A DNA stretch of 63,530 nucleotides, filler included, from Nemertoderma westbladi (Eukaryota > Animalia > Xenacoelomorpha), in NCBI GenBank assembly GCA_032718475.1. It is 4 parts of 4 records of this genome, joined end to end, with 100 filler letters (N's around TTAATTAATTAA, not from the genome) between each part and the next. Parts side by side here need not be neighbours in the genome. Positions count along the whole stretch, not along the records: positions 1 to 20,336 come from JAUCBJ010003750.1; 3 more parts are not named here. The stretch is one strand, 5' to 3'. The notes beneath the pieces are model-generated. The model did no database searches. It was not told the DNA's origin and saw nothing but the letters and a program-made list of their open reading frames with translations. Positions 1 through 12,799 of the stretch are shown piece by piece; within the stretch, counting starts at the first letter, position 1, and every line of letters begins with the position of its first letter. The translations under genes and the position numbers were made by a program.

Positions 1-3000
1 AGACTCCTCTACGCTCTGCTGAGCCTGTTTGTCTTCCACCGAGGTCCCGACCCCGGTCTCCTTTAATCCTTCAAAATCCTGTCTGAGCAGTCTTTTAAGT
101 TGCTCCTCTGCTCTCTCATCACTCATTTCCTGCATAGTTCCCGCGAACATGCATCCTGATGTCTCCGACATCCTAAATGGTATCTTGCTCTTGATTGGGC
201 CACTTAGCGTCCACCCGAATGGTGTCAGTATTGCCACTCGGGTCACACTGCTTGTCTTCGCCGAAGACCGTTTGCATTCTTTCGTGGGCCGTTGGGCAGT
301 CCATTCCTACTATGATGGATACCTTCCTAACGTCCACATCTGGGATTGAGAAGTCAATATCGTCCAGAAATTTATATTGTTCGACCTCGATGTTGGTTGG
401 CCGTCTGGCATTGATGTTTATTGACTCTATCACTTGGATGGGGTCGATGCTAGCCCCATAGTCGCATCCTGGTGCTATTGCTGCGATGGTGCACCGTCCG
501 GTTCTCATCTCCAGGACCTCATCTTTGCTGGAGATGGTTGTTACCGCCATTCTACTTGGCCTCGTTCTCAATCCTATTTCTTCGGCCACCCAATCCTCGA
601 CTAATGTGAAGGCAGCTCCACTATCAACCAGCATTAGTGTTGTTACTGATCGATTGCCTTCTCCAATCACTCGCACGGGTACTACCCCAAGTAACACCGT
701 TCCTCTCTTCTTTGCCCCTACTGTGCTCGTTGCCATCGTTTGGCCTTTCCTTTGACCGAACTTGACCGGCTTCTCCTTGCATTCCCTAGCTCTATGTCCA
801 CTCATCACACATCGCGAGCAGATCTTATTGCTCGACGCATAATCTATCTGATCTTGCCTAGGTAGCGCTTGCCAGTACCTGCAGTTCATGGTTTGATGAA
901 GCGCATTTGCGTGTAGCTGGCATTTGCTCTTTGGGTCGTAGCCCTCCTTATACAGTGCATCGCGTATCGCAGCTGCGTTTGTGCCAAAGTCCCTACTATT
1001 CTTATTGTTTGGGTTCGGCCTACTGGACGTACTGGGGTTATATTTGTTCGTGTTGTTGTTGTTCCCCTGTCCGTTCCATTGTGTGGTTTTACTTTCGGCT
1101 AGCTGTGGACTTGCAGTCCCCTGCGTCGCTGCATATGGCAATGATTGCCTGAGCCTCGGTAATGCGTTTGATGTATTGTGCTCTGGTTTCGGTCTATGGT
1201 AATCCGTTTTCGGTCCCTTTCCCAGGCTATCCTCGCTATAGACTGGGTCGGTTATTAGTTCAGCTTCGTAGTTTAAGAAGCTTGACATTTCTTCTAAACC
1301 CGGTTCCGCACCCTTCCTATCTCGAGTGGAGAAAGCGATTTTCCTCCACTTGTTGCGCAACCACATCGGTAGTGCCTGCGCTATCGTGGTGATGTTGTTG
1401 GACGCGTTGAGTTCGTATGGCGCGTCTAGCGTCTTTAACACGATCAGCGCCTTGTCGACCTTGTTCGCAAATGTCTTAATGCTAACGGGATTATCCTGTA
1501 GGCCACCCGAGGTTATGCCTCTCAGTGTCTGCCTGATGATCTTGGCCGGGTGTCTGTATTCCCTGTCCAGTGCCCGCCATGCCGTCGTGAAGCCGCCCTC
1601 TATGCCCTGATATTGCCTCACGATGTCGTATGCTGGGCCTCCTGTGTATACTTGCAAATACTTTAGGAACTCCGCCTGCGTTAAGTTCTTTGTTAGTATT
1701 TCATTACTATACATACGCCGAAACTGGAGATATTCTTCCGGCCTACTCCCATCGAATTTGAATGGTTCCACCGGGTGTTGCCGGGTGTTGCGGTTTACCT
1801 GATTTGGCCCGCGCATTACCCGCTGACGGCTGTGGGACACTCTCCGCCCCCCCCTCTCGCCACTAACTTCATGTTGTGAGGCTCCTGTAGCCCCCCCCCC
1901 CCCACTCGCCACATATCACACCGCTACCTCTAGCTTCTTTTCTACACCCCTCTCCAGTCGACACAATGTTTCTACTGCGGCTGGGTTCGCTTACCCCTGC
2001 CTCTCTCTCCACTACTACTTGGCCTATCGGGCCTACTCCGGGTTGGCTCAACCCCGCCACCTCCTGCCTACTAAGTACGTGGCCTACCAGGCCACTGTCG
2101 GGTCGACTCAACCCCGCCACCTCCTGCCTACTAACTACGTGGCCTACCAGGCCACCATCTGTCGGCTCATACACGTTCGACGTGTTCGCGTTAATAGCAC
2201 CTATATTAGAAACGGAATTATTTTGTTCGTTCGAAATATAATCATTTGGATTATTTTGCGCGACTACGTTATTTGAATTATTTTGTAAATTCGGGCTTGG
2301 ATTATTACTTAAATTATTTGAGTTATTATTATTTTCTAAATTTAAATTATTGTTCAGATTATTTTGCACGTTTAAATCAAAATTATTATTTAGGCTATCT
2401 GTATTTAAATTCAAATTACTACTACCAGGCAAAGTATTTCCTGCAATATAAGTTTGGTTAGGATTATCCGATACGGTACCATTAATATTAACGTCGTCTA
2501 CGGTAACATTATTATTACCCCCCCCCCCCCCCCCACCCCCCCCCCCCCCCGCCCGTACGGTCACACCAGTTTCGTGTCTGTCGTGCGGTCCCTGTAAGTG
2601 GGGTATTAATAAACGTATCCATGGCCCCTGGCTCCTCGAGAATATTCGAGCCAGCCCCGCTCTCAGACGCCCCTATCCGCGCCAGTTCTAGTTCGCGTAT
2701 GTGTCTAGCCTTGTACTCTATAAGCTCCCTTTGCTCTCTTTCCATTTTCTCTCGCTCACGCTTCTCTCTTGCCACTCTCTCCCGATCCTCCCGTGCCGTC
2801 TGCTCGGCCAGTTCCCCCTCTCTCTTAGTTCGCTCCCTTCGTCTCGCCTCACACTCTCTACGCTCACCTTCCTCTCTCGCCTCACGTTCCTTGCGTTCCT
2901 TTTCCTCTCTCGCCTCACGTTCCTTGCGTTCCTTTTCCTCTCTCGCCTCACGTTCCTTGCGTTCCTTTTCCTCTTTCGCCTCACGTTCCTTGCGTTCTGC

Positions 3001-4164
3001 CTCACGCTCTTTGCGTTCACTTTTCTCTCTCGCCACACGCTCCTCTTGTTCCCTCCTTTCTATTTCCTCACACTCCTTAAGGCTTTCCACGGCCTTCTCG
3101 GCCCTCTCCCTAGTTTCTCTCATCAGTACTGCTTCCCTCTCTAGTTGTATTCTCCCCTCCTCTAACCGTCTACTTAACTCTCTCTGACCTTGTTCTATCA
3201 GGTCGAGATGGTACGTGGCATTTATCTCTCTCACCCGTCTTTCTTTCACGGAGGATGTAGCAGACTTATCGGTTACGACGGATTCCCTCCGCCTTCCCGA
3301 CCTACTAACTCTCCCCCCCTTCCCAGAACTTCTTCCGACCGACGAGATCGAATCCTCGGCCTCAACCTCGGATTCGCCCTCCTCAGGTCTCCTCCAACCC
3401 GCAAATTTTACACCCTGGGCATCGACTAAGTATGGCCCTACGTACACTGCACTAGGTTGCATACCCCTACACCGCCATAAATCACACAGTTCCTCTGCAA
3501 CCCCTCTCGCTCTCTCCTTGGCCAGTTCTCTCTGCCCGAAACGCATTAGATAGCTAAAATGTCTATTCGACTCACCTAGTCCTCTCGCTAACTTCACCTC
3601 ATCTATCTCCGTCCCCTTCTTGGCCTCCTTTAGTAGCTTCCGGGTCGCGTTGTAGGCCCGTCGAAGTCGATCAGAAACCCCGACGTCCTCGTTGCCAACC
3701 TCTCCTCCGTCTCTCCGGGTCCGACGTCGTACCGGCGGCCCCACCGTCGCCGTTCCGGTGGGCCGTCCGTCGCCCTCGGCCTGTGGCTGGCCGGCGACAT
3801 CGGTACCGACATCTCCCTCGTCTCTCCGGGTCCAGCGTTGTACCGTCGGTCCCACTGTCGCCGTTTCGGTGGGCCGTTCGTCGCCATCGGCCTGTGGCTG
3901 GCCGGCGACGTCGGCACGTCGACCCTCGTTCCGTGTCGACTCGTCTCCTTCTCCTTCTAACTCACCCTCTCGGTCTCTCAACTCGACTCCCCCTCCTCTC
4001 GACTCGACCTCTGGCTCCAGACGGCCCCCCTCGTCCTGAACTGCCGGATCACCCATTACCGATGGGTCCGGCGACGTGGGCCTATATCGCCTGGTCGCGG
4101 CCTCACGGATCGTTAGTTCTTCGTCCGGGGTCCGCGTCGGTGTCGTCTCTCCTGACTGACTCAT
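1..4164 (-). mobile_element. BEL/Pao LTR retrotransposon gag-protease region, frameshifted, running off the window start toward pol
   Basis: Three consecutive minus-strand ORFs (2515-4203 with ATG at 4164, 1869-2564, 173-1912) break at poly-G runs. They encode an E/R/K coiled coil, an Asn-rich linker, a BEL/Pao Gag core (KFDGSRPEEYLQF...LPMWLRNKW), Cys/His knuckles (CQLHANALH, CSRCVMSGHRAREC) and an aspartic protease (LVDSGA). After a frameshift near 240 the frame continues VAILTPFGWTLSGP...SVEDKQA, typical of the BEL PR-RT linker. Confidence 0.85.
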
Positions 4165-4294
4165 CTTTCCTTTAGATTGGTGGTTGGTAGTTACTGAGTT
4201 CAACTAGGGCGGCAGCTCTGACTTTAATTACTGTGACGGGATCCAAGAAGGATCCCGGTTTATCCGGTTTGTCAATTCACGCGTCCCCGCCGTA

Positions 4295-4784
4295 TGTGAA
4301 AGATAAAAGAGTTTACGTTGTTCGTTGTATATAATGTTCGGGATATGTATAGTATAGATATAGATAATGGATGAGATAAATGTTGTTGTATGCGGAAGGC
4401 GGGAAACGGTAATTAAAATCCCGGTACTTCCCTAGCTAAACTATTTCTACTGTAACACCAATAACACTGTGATAACTAAAGTGAGATGATTACTGGTATC
4501 TAATGATATATTGCACGGTTTGGCCTTGCTACTGTACCTAGCTGATGCTTCCCCCCCTGATTGGCTAATATCCCTGTTGGCGCCCTTTGGAGTGTTCCCA
4601 TTCACTCCACCTATTCTCTCTCGGTTAGGGGTTTGGCCCCTGACCCTTATTGTGTTTCTCCTTCCCATTTTGTTGGGGTGACACGAGGTTGGGTAATCAA
4701 CCTCGTGCTCCCAATATTGCTTAATGGTTAACTTTATGGGTTTGGGTTAGCGGAATTGAATAAGCTAACATGTAGAGATTTACA
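4295..4784 (-). mobile_element. possible 5' LTR of the BEL/Pao element
   Basis: Lies upstream of gag, has candidate TG...CA ends and a minus-strand CCAAT box (AGCCAATCAG at ~4557-4566). There is no second copy in the window, so boundaries are unverified. Confidence 0.3.
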
Positions 4785-5974
4785 TTTGTGGGAATAGTTA
4801 ACAAAGCATGGTGCTGTGAGTATGCTGCTGGTAAAGGCATGAAACCACAGCAGTAAAAAAAAATAAAAGCTGAACTGATTACAGTAACAAGGTACTCAAT
4901 TCCTATAAATCGGTACTCCGCAACTTAACATTCCTATAAATATACCTGTATCCCTGAATGCTGGTAACGGTAAATACCAGGGTAAACGTAATTATGCAAT
5001 GCTGTTGTAACGAATTTATGCAGGTACTGTACCACCACAGACTCCCAGAGAGATTGATTAAAGTCATTTGTTTGTAAAACCGAGATTTCGTGACTTTTCC
5101 TAAAATTTATTAGGCTATCCGAAACAGCGAAAACGCGGTTTACATCATTACATGGCTATGTTAGTTGTTGGGTTGTGGTCCCTTTCTGACACACATCTCC
5201 AGTATTTTTCGTGCTAAAATTTTCCAAAGTTTTTATAGTTCACTAAAATTAATTTATTTGTGGTATATATAGTTTTTTTGAATGCTGATCTGGATTATAG
5301 AACTCAAATAAAACATTAGAGAAAATCATTGGTAATTTTAAAAGTGCGGGGCCCTGGGGCATGGAAAACAAGTAGTGGAAATATGATAATGAAAAATCAC
5401 ACGAATTCAAATTGATTTTATGACCATTTGTTTTTAGGATGTGATCACGAATATGACACTGAATAATAGTGTACCTTATTGATTACGGCTTTTTTGGATA
5501 CGTGTTAATATGTGGCACAAAAAATACACGTACAATAGCACAAATTACATAATGAAAAATCCAAATGAACCTGATTTTATGATATTGGGGGTTTTCTGGG
5601 ATTCTGATCACGAATATGGCATTAAAATATAGGGCCTATCGTACAGTATTATTCAACCAAATTCGTTTTTTGTTGTTTGAAATTTTATGCTACTTGTTTT
5701 TTTCGTCCCAACAGACAAGCACCAAAAATAATAGTTGCATTACCATAAATTATTTTAAGGAGTTGTATCGTGACCAGCGGCCTTGAAAACCCCTTATGTA
5801 TAGCTTCAAACCTACGTAAATTTTACAGTTTGAAAATTTTCTTCAGAGTGGGGGGGGGCGAAAAATCCACTCTAGCCCCCAGGCGCACAAATGCCTCGGC
5901 ACGCCCCTGAAATACTGGTTGGTAAACTGGTAGGCAAAGATGGCCAACAATGTTTGGAGAACATGCGTGCGGGC

Positions 5975-6646
5975 GGGGACTATCGTAGTAAAACCCAACG
6001 ACGCTTTGTGACCATGCATGCGGATGGGGGGACTATCGTAGTAAAACCCAACGACGCTTTGAGACCATGCTTGTGGGCGGGGACTATCGTAGTAAAACCC
6101 AACGACGCTTTGAGACCATGCGTGCGGGTTGGGGGACTATCGTATAGTAAAACCCAACGACGCTTTGAGACCATGCGTGCGGGCTGGGGGACTATCGTAT
6201 AGTAAAACCCAACGATGCTTTGAGACCGTGCGTGCAGGCGGGGACTATCGTAGTAAAACCCAACGACGAATTGAGACCATGCGTGCGGGTGGGGGGACTA
6301 TCGTAGTAAAACCCAACGACGCTTTGAGACCATGCGGGGACTATCGTAGTAAAACCCAATGACGCTTTGAGACCATGCGGGGACTATCGTAGTAAAACCC
6401 AACGACGCTTTGAGACCATGCGGGGACTATTGTAGTAAAACCCAACGACGCTTTGAGACCATGCGGGGACTATCGTAGTAAAACCCAACGACGCTTTGAG
6501 ACCATGCGGGGACTATCGTAGTAAAACCCAACGACGCTTTGAGACCATGCAGGGACTATCGTAGTAAAACCCAACGACGCTTTGAGACCATGAGGGGACT
6601 ATCGTAGTAAAACCCAACGACGCTTTGAGACCATGCGGGGACTATC
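5975..6646 (+). repeat. 43-bp minisatellite (~14 units; earlier units lengthened to ~50-56 bp)
   Basis: Unit GGGGACTATCGTAGTAAAACCCAACGACGCTTTGAGACCATGC with 43-bp period from ~6422 to 6637. Upstream units carry G-rich insertions. Confidence 0.95.
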
Positions 6647-9481
6647 TTGGTCGCCCATACGGCGGATTAGGAGTGATTTGGAAACGTACTTTCGCGAGTG
6701 CAATTGAAGTCATAGATTCCTCGGATCCACGATTTCTGGCAATAAAAGTTTCGCAGAAGGGCGGTAATGAGATTGTCTTAGTTAATGTATACCTACATGA
6801 GTGCAGGGACAACCACGATGAATATTTGGACTGTCTCGGAAAGATTCAGGCCCTTATCGAATCTATCCCTGTAAACCATGTAGGGTTTATTGGCGACTTT
6901 AATGCTGATCCTCGACGACAATTTTATGTCGACTTACTGGCAACTTGCACGGAAAGTGGGTTGAGAATCATCGACGTGGAACAGCTGTCAACGTCAACGC
7001 TCACATACGTCAGTGCATCCTACAACTCGACATCCTGGCTTGACCACTTCATATGTAGTGGTACAATGGAATCAATTGTTATGAATATCAGCGTAGATTA
7101 TGACGTATCAACGCTTGATCACATGCTGCTAATAATCGATCTCGAAACGGAAGTTGTTTTACCCAATGAGGAGTCCTCTCCGCATGGCCAACAGGCTCCT
7201 GTGTTCAGTAAACCGGCCTGGGATCGGGCTTCAGACCAGGACAAAGTCAATTACCGACAGGCAACGGCATGTCATCTTAAATCGATAAATGTACCTTGGG
7301 AGGCGTTACAGTGCTGTAACCCGCAGTGTTCGGGTCACCGATCAGACCTTGAAAAGTTATACGACAATATTACATCGGCACTGCATTTGCACGGCACTCC
7401 ATTCTGGAGCTCCGACCATTTCGAAACATGGAATTCCGGGTTGGAATGACGAGGTCAGTGAACTCCATAGGGAGGCTCGCGAACAATTTCTTCTATGGCG
7501 GGAGGCCAATAGTCCACGGTCTGGTCAGGTGCATCGATTAATGGTGCTGTCTAGATCGCGGTTTAAACTGGCCTTGCGGCGCTGTAAAAAGCAACAGGAT
7601 ACAATTCGCAACGATAAACTAGCGTCGTCTTTGATGACCGATTCTAGTTACACGTTCTGGAAAAATATAAAACGCGATGTACAGTATAAAACCCCATGTG
7701 CCGCTAAAGTAGGGGGTGCATGTGGAGATTATAATATTGCCAACATGTGGAAGGATCATTTTTCTGATATTTTTAACTCAAACCACTCCGGTGCAGATAT
7801 TTCTCATATGTTTAACTTTTTTACGGATCTTGAATTTAATAATGAAATGATTTTTAATGTAAGTGAATTACTCAGTGCAATGACTAATCTAAAGGAACAT
7901 AAAGCATGTGGCAAAGATGGTATCTTTGCAGAACACATAATTTTATCGAACCAATATTTACACGGCCTAGGTTTTTTACCGTCGTCAATGATAACTACTG
8001 TACTAAATCCTATAGTTAAGGACAAGTCAGGCGATATATCCGATAAAGGAAATTATCGTCCCATTTCGCTTTCGTCTATTATTAGCAAATTATATGAGCT
8101 AATTATTTTAAGTCGTATTGATCATTATTTATATACAACCGATGCGCAGTTTGGGTTTAAGAAGAAATTAGGCACAGAGTTATGTAGTTATACTCTAAAA
8201 GAAATCATCAATTATTATTTGCTCAACGGTTCTAATGTTTATATAACGTTCCTTGATGCGTCAAAAGCCTTTGATTCGGTAGACCATAATATTCTATTCT
8301 TGTGATTATTTGAACGTGGTATACCCATATTTTTATTGCGTGTTCTCGTGTTTTGGTACACAAACCAATCAATGCACATTAGATGGTCTGGTACCTTGTC
8401 TCAACAATTTATGTGCAGTAACGGGGTGCGGCAAGGTAGCATATTAAGCCCGAAATTATTTAACATTTTCATCGACCGGTTGAGTATTGACCTCACCAAT
8501 ACTGAGGTAGGATGTTCCTTTGACGGTACTTGTGTCAATCACCTTTACTACTGTATGCTGACGATCTGGTTTTAATTACAACGACTCCTACTTCCTTACA
8601 GCTTCTTTTAGATATCTGTGTGAAATTTGCACACATCAACTTCATTAGCTTTAATCCTAAAAAGTCGAAGTGTCTTATTATACGCAGCAAAACTCTCAGT
8701 GGCTTTGGGGAAGGCAGGATTTTCATATTAGATGGTAAGGTCTTAGAAGTAGTTCAAAAGTTTAAGTACCTTGGACATATAATAACAAGTGACTTTTGTG
8801 ATGACGATGACATCAAGGCGCAGACAAGGAAGTTTTATTCGCGTGCAAACCAATTAATTCGTAAGTTCAGTGGGTGCTCCGATAATGTAAAAATACAACT
8901 CTTTTCTAGTTATTGTTCATCCGTTTATTGTAATGCCCTCTGGGCTGACGGTTATTACACACGTAACGTATTTAATAAACTTTGTATAGCACTAAATAAA
9001 TCGGTTAGGAAGTTATTTGGTTTTAAATTGTATGAGAGTATTACGGACACTCATCTCAGTGCCAGTTATATGTTAATGTCACTTAGGATTAATTCAATTA
9101 ATCATATTCATCGCTTTGCCTTACATAGTCTGTTTTTTAGAGTCAGGAATTCTAATAACTCAATTTTGTCACTTGTACATTCTGTTTGCATGCCTCAATC
9201 AATGCTTTTTAAAACGTATAACCGCCTCCGTCTGTAATTAGATAGTTATTTATTTATTTATTTATTTTTAAACAACTTGACGTATTTTATTGGATAATAT
9301 ATTTCACGTTTTTATTAACAAGTCTATGTGAATTGATGATGATAATATTGTGATTTTATTGACTCTATATATTTTTTAAGTAAGCAGTATCAGGTACAAC
9401 AATATCAATTTTTTACTAATGTGCTATAATTATGTAGGCTATGTCATTTATGATGAATACAAAAACGATTATTATTATTAT
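6647..9481 (+). mobile_element. 5'-truncated non-LTR retrotransposon (APE endonuclease + RT), RTE-X-like, degenerate
   Basis: Endonuclease motifs GRPYGG, NVY, GDFN, SWLDHF and LDH; IPGWNDEV...RSRFKLALRRCK linker; RT motifs YRPISL, QFGF, FLDASKAFD, GVRQGSILSP, YADD and KYLG, split over ORFs 6625-7449, 7289-8305, 8336-8575 and 8530-9237. AT-rich 3' UTR ends in an (ATT)n tail at ~9468-9481. Clade assignment is tentative. Confidence 0.85.
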
Positions 9482-9937
9482 CGTAAATCAACCAACAAAC
9501 GGTACGTGACACTTACCCTATATCGAATATAGACGACATCACAGAATAATTTCGTGGATGCACAGTTTTCACCAAAATTGACCAGCTGGAAAAAGTATTC
9601 TAACAAATTTCAATGACTTCCGCTGATATTCAAAAAAAGCTATAACAACACCTTTCGTTCTATTTTGTTTTAACATAATGCCTTTTGGTCTAAAAAAAAA
9701 AAGGGGAGGCAAACGTTTCAAAGATTAATTGATACAACTTTGTGGTAAATAAAATGTGCTGTTGGTTTTGGTTATGTAGACAACATACTAATAGGCTGTC
9801 CAGCATTACGTTGATGTTGAGCGCGTACTGGAACGACTCTCTACATATGGTTTGACACCAATAAATATAAATCTGTGTTCTTCGCTCCTGAAGTTAAATT
9901 TATTGGTTGCATAATTTGCAAAAATAGTGTTCGACCT
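9479..9937 (+). pseudogene. decayed Ty3/Gypsy reverse transcriptase fragment
   Basis: Translation across frameshifts gives YRK.NQQTVRDTYPI...VFTKID...ITTPF...MPFGLK...TFQRLID...YVDNILIG (degenerate YxDD)...EVKFIG. Confidence 0.8.
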
Positions 9938-10235
9938 GTTTTGCAGTCAGCTGTCTATTAATATCAATACTCACTCCCTCGGTATTCGTGTAGAAAAGAG
10001 AATTTACAGTTTAAATATTACCGCATTCGAATATTATTATCTGTTAAAAAACCACAAGGTAATACATCTGTTTGTACTGTAGTGTAAATTCGCAACACTT
10101 AATAGAGGTGAAGATGAGAGATAATGATCAGTTAGTAATTTTAGTGTGATTAATAGGTACTTGTTTCAGCAATATTAAAACAAATGCTTTTTCGAATTTC
10201 ATGTTGAGTAGCAAATTACAATGGTGTATTGTAAA

Positions 10236-12400
10236 CTACTAGGATCGGCATGCTGTATTGCAGCTGAATTATATATGTATATTACATATATATTAAGAAT
10301 GCTGTGCCGGCTTGTCGACAAAATTGCGCCGCCACAACTCCCTATCACCCATGACATTTGTCATGCCGCATCTTCAAGGTCAGTTTCCTTTAAGATGCGT
10401 CCAGAGAAAGTCATGTTGTGACCACCATGCTTATTCACACCGTGAGGCCGCCATAGCACAAGATTATGCACTGGCTGGTCCTCACCTCGAAAGCAATGTC
10501 CTACAAATCAGAGGCGGCTTTGTTCTAGTGTCGAGCTTGGGGGAATTAATAAGACACCTCCGATGTTATATAGTGTCTGGTTGGAGATGTGTGCATTGTA
10601 CTTGACACACTGAACCCGGAGTAGCATTCTTGTGAATGTGCTATCCAGAGAGTTGGTGTCCTCAGCCGTTAGAGCCCAGCATGGGCTCACATAGAGGAGT
10701 ACTGGAACTACTGCTGCTCTAAATAATCGGACCTTAAGTTTTCGATGAATTCTATGTGACATCCAAATCCTGGAAAGCCCATTCAAGGTTGCCCTTTCCT
10801 TTCCCTTGCGTATTCGAAGGTCCTCACATCACTTCCGGATCTATGCTTCCAGGTAACAGAAGTCGTCCACATGCTCAAGCATACCATCATTTAAGCTTAT
10901 GCTCTGCTCATCCGGCCAAAGACTTGCTGGGGACTTTCAAAGGTAACTGTCAAAATGTTGGTCTTTTTGGAGTTAATAAAAATACCAATTCCTATTACCA
11001 TACCAATACCTATTCTAATGAGCTGAGGAGCCGTTGGGATCCCTCTAGTGATTCTGAGAGTATTTCAAAGTCATCCAGCAAAGTCTAGATCAGTTAGGGA
11101 CTTAGCAGGATTTCCTCGACTTCTGGAGCCATTAGGTGGAGTTACACTCACCACGTCATCATTATGATGATCTAAGGACATGCGTAGACTCCCTGAAGGA
11201 CTGCCCATAACACTTCATATGGTTCTGTGTCACCGTCAGCAGTAGACACAAATGTCGTTGAACCATCGTATACTGATCTGATTGCTGCAATCATTTCATC
11301 AGAAATCCCATATAATGAAAGTATGGTGAACATATGTGTGCGAGGGACTGAATTAAAGGCCTTGAAGAAGTCAACAAAGGTAACAGCCAGATGCCTGTCA
11401 TTCTTTTTTGATAACACTTCCATTATCCTTCTAAGTGCCAAAATGGGCTCCATGGTCCCACGACCTTTATGGAACCCATTCTGATTTCCACGGAGCAATC
11501 TCTCAATGGGATCCCTGATGCGGTATAATAGAATTCTATTGAAAAGCTTTGCAGCAATCGAGATCAATGAGATTCCCCGAAAAGAACCATAGTGTTAGGT
11601 TGTCCTTCTTGGGAACTAGCACCAACTTATTTGTTTTCATTTCTTGTGGGACTCTTGTTGTTCTGTACATTACTACTATGACAGGATAGATGAGCTCTAA
11701 ACACGTATTTTAAAGACCTCAGGGGGTCAACTCAAGACCATCTACTCCACTGGCACGATTGGTCTTAATGGTCTTTGCAGCAGGCTTAACTTCTGCAAAG
11801 GAGATATCGCCAATGGGAATATCTGGGAGTACAGACTCAGACACTTTTACTTCTATAAAGTTATCAGGCAATACCCTTTCATTATTGAGGAGCTTTTCAA
11901 AGTGGCCTTCCAACCATTGAGGCGATCGGCTGTTGATTCTCCCTTAACCTTGGTGGTTGGTTGGCTTTTCCGCCCAGTAAGCAAGTTGATTGATTTCCAT
12001 GCCTGGGATGTTTGCCTGCTGTCGTAGGCATCATTGATGGCATCAACCTGTTGGTTTATAAACTCCTTTAGATTAACAGAGTACTGCTTGTTCAGGGACC
12101 TAGATGCAGCCTTAACTGCATTCTTAGCCACTGTAGTCTGTTTGAGTCAGGACTCTTTCTGCGCCTTATAGAGGTCATTTCGGCACTTCTGAATTTTGTT
12201 GTCAGTCCAGGTTGCCTTTTTCCGGTTTCGAGGGTACACAGGAACTGTTTCTGCAGCTGCTAACTTAACTGCTTATGTGAAGGCAGTATAGCCCTCACAG
12301 TGATCTGCGGCCTCAGAGGTAAGAACCTCATACCTTTTGCTCAGCTGTAGTGTGAAGCTGGATCTCACACTTGGCTGTTGCAAGCATTGCAGTCTTGTAT
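10236..12400 (-). mobile_element. RTE-clade LINE, degenerate copy
   Basis: Fragmented RT ORFs (QNGFHKGR, FVDFFKAF, VLQG) co-linear with the copy at 61329-63342. Same 3' end (GCATGCCGATCCTAGTAG). Internal deletion after LQG. Confidence 0.85.
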
Positions 12401-12799
12401 AGAGCTCCTGTATTTCCTACGAAACAGAATAATATGGTCTATCTGGTACTTGAAACCTCCTTTGATAAATAACTTATATAACGTAAATAATATAAATGTA
12501 TAACTTTATGAGATGACCAAAACACAGCACAAGCTGCCAATCATCTAAACTCCCGTTCCATATTAATTGATCGTTAAATATGAATTAGAGAATAGCTTTA
12601 ATTTACGAAAACTTTCATACTAATTATTTTGTTCAGGTGATAATCGAAATATTTAGGCTGATGGATTTGAGCCTTTCAGATAAAATACTTGGTACTTGGC
12701 TGCCCGATGCTCCGGACTCCCTTACTGTGTAAGGGACTAAAGGCAGTAAGTAACTACTATTGTGTAGCATTTTGGCTTTCTTAGGGACCATTATTTTGA

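Noticed and set aside
5070-5190. Conserved non-coding block shared with 47195-47305
   Set aside because: Most simply an ordinary interspersed repeat fragment; no structure or termini to classify it.
5975-6646. CRISPR-like look (constant repeat with variable intervening bases)
   Set aside because: Intervening bases are 0-13 nt and related to each other, there are no cas genes, the context is eukaryotic and the unit is explained by Gypsy RT.
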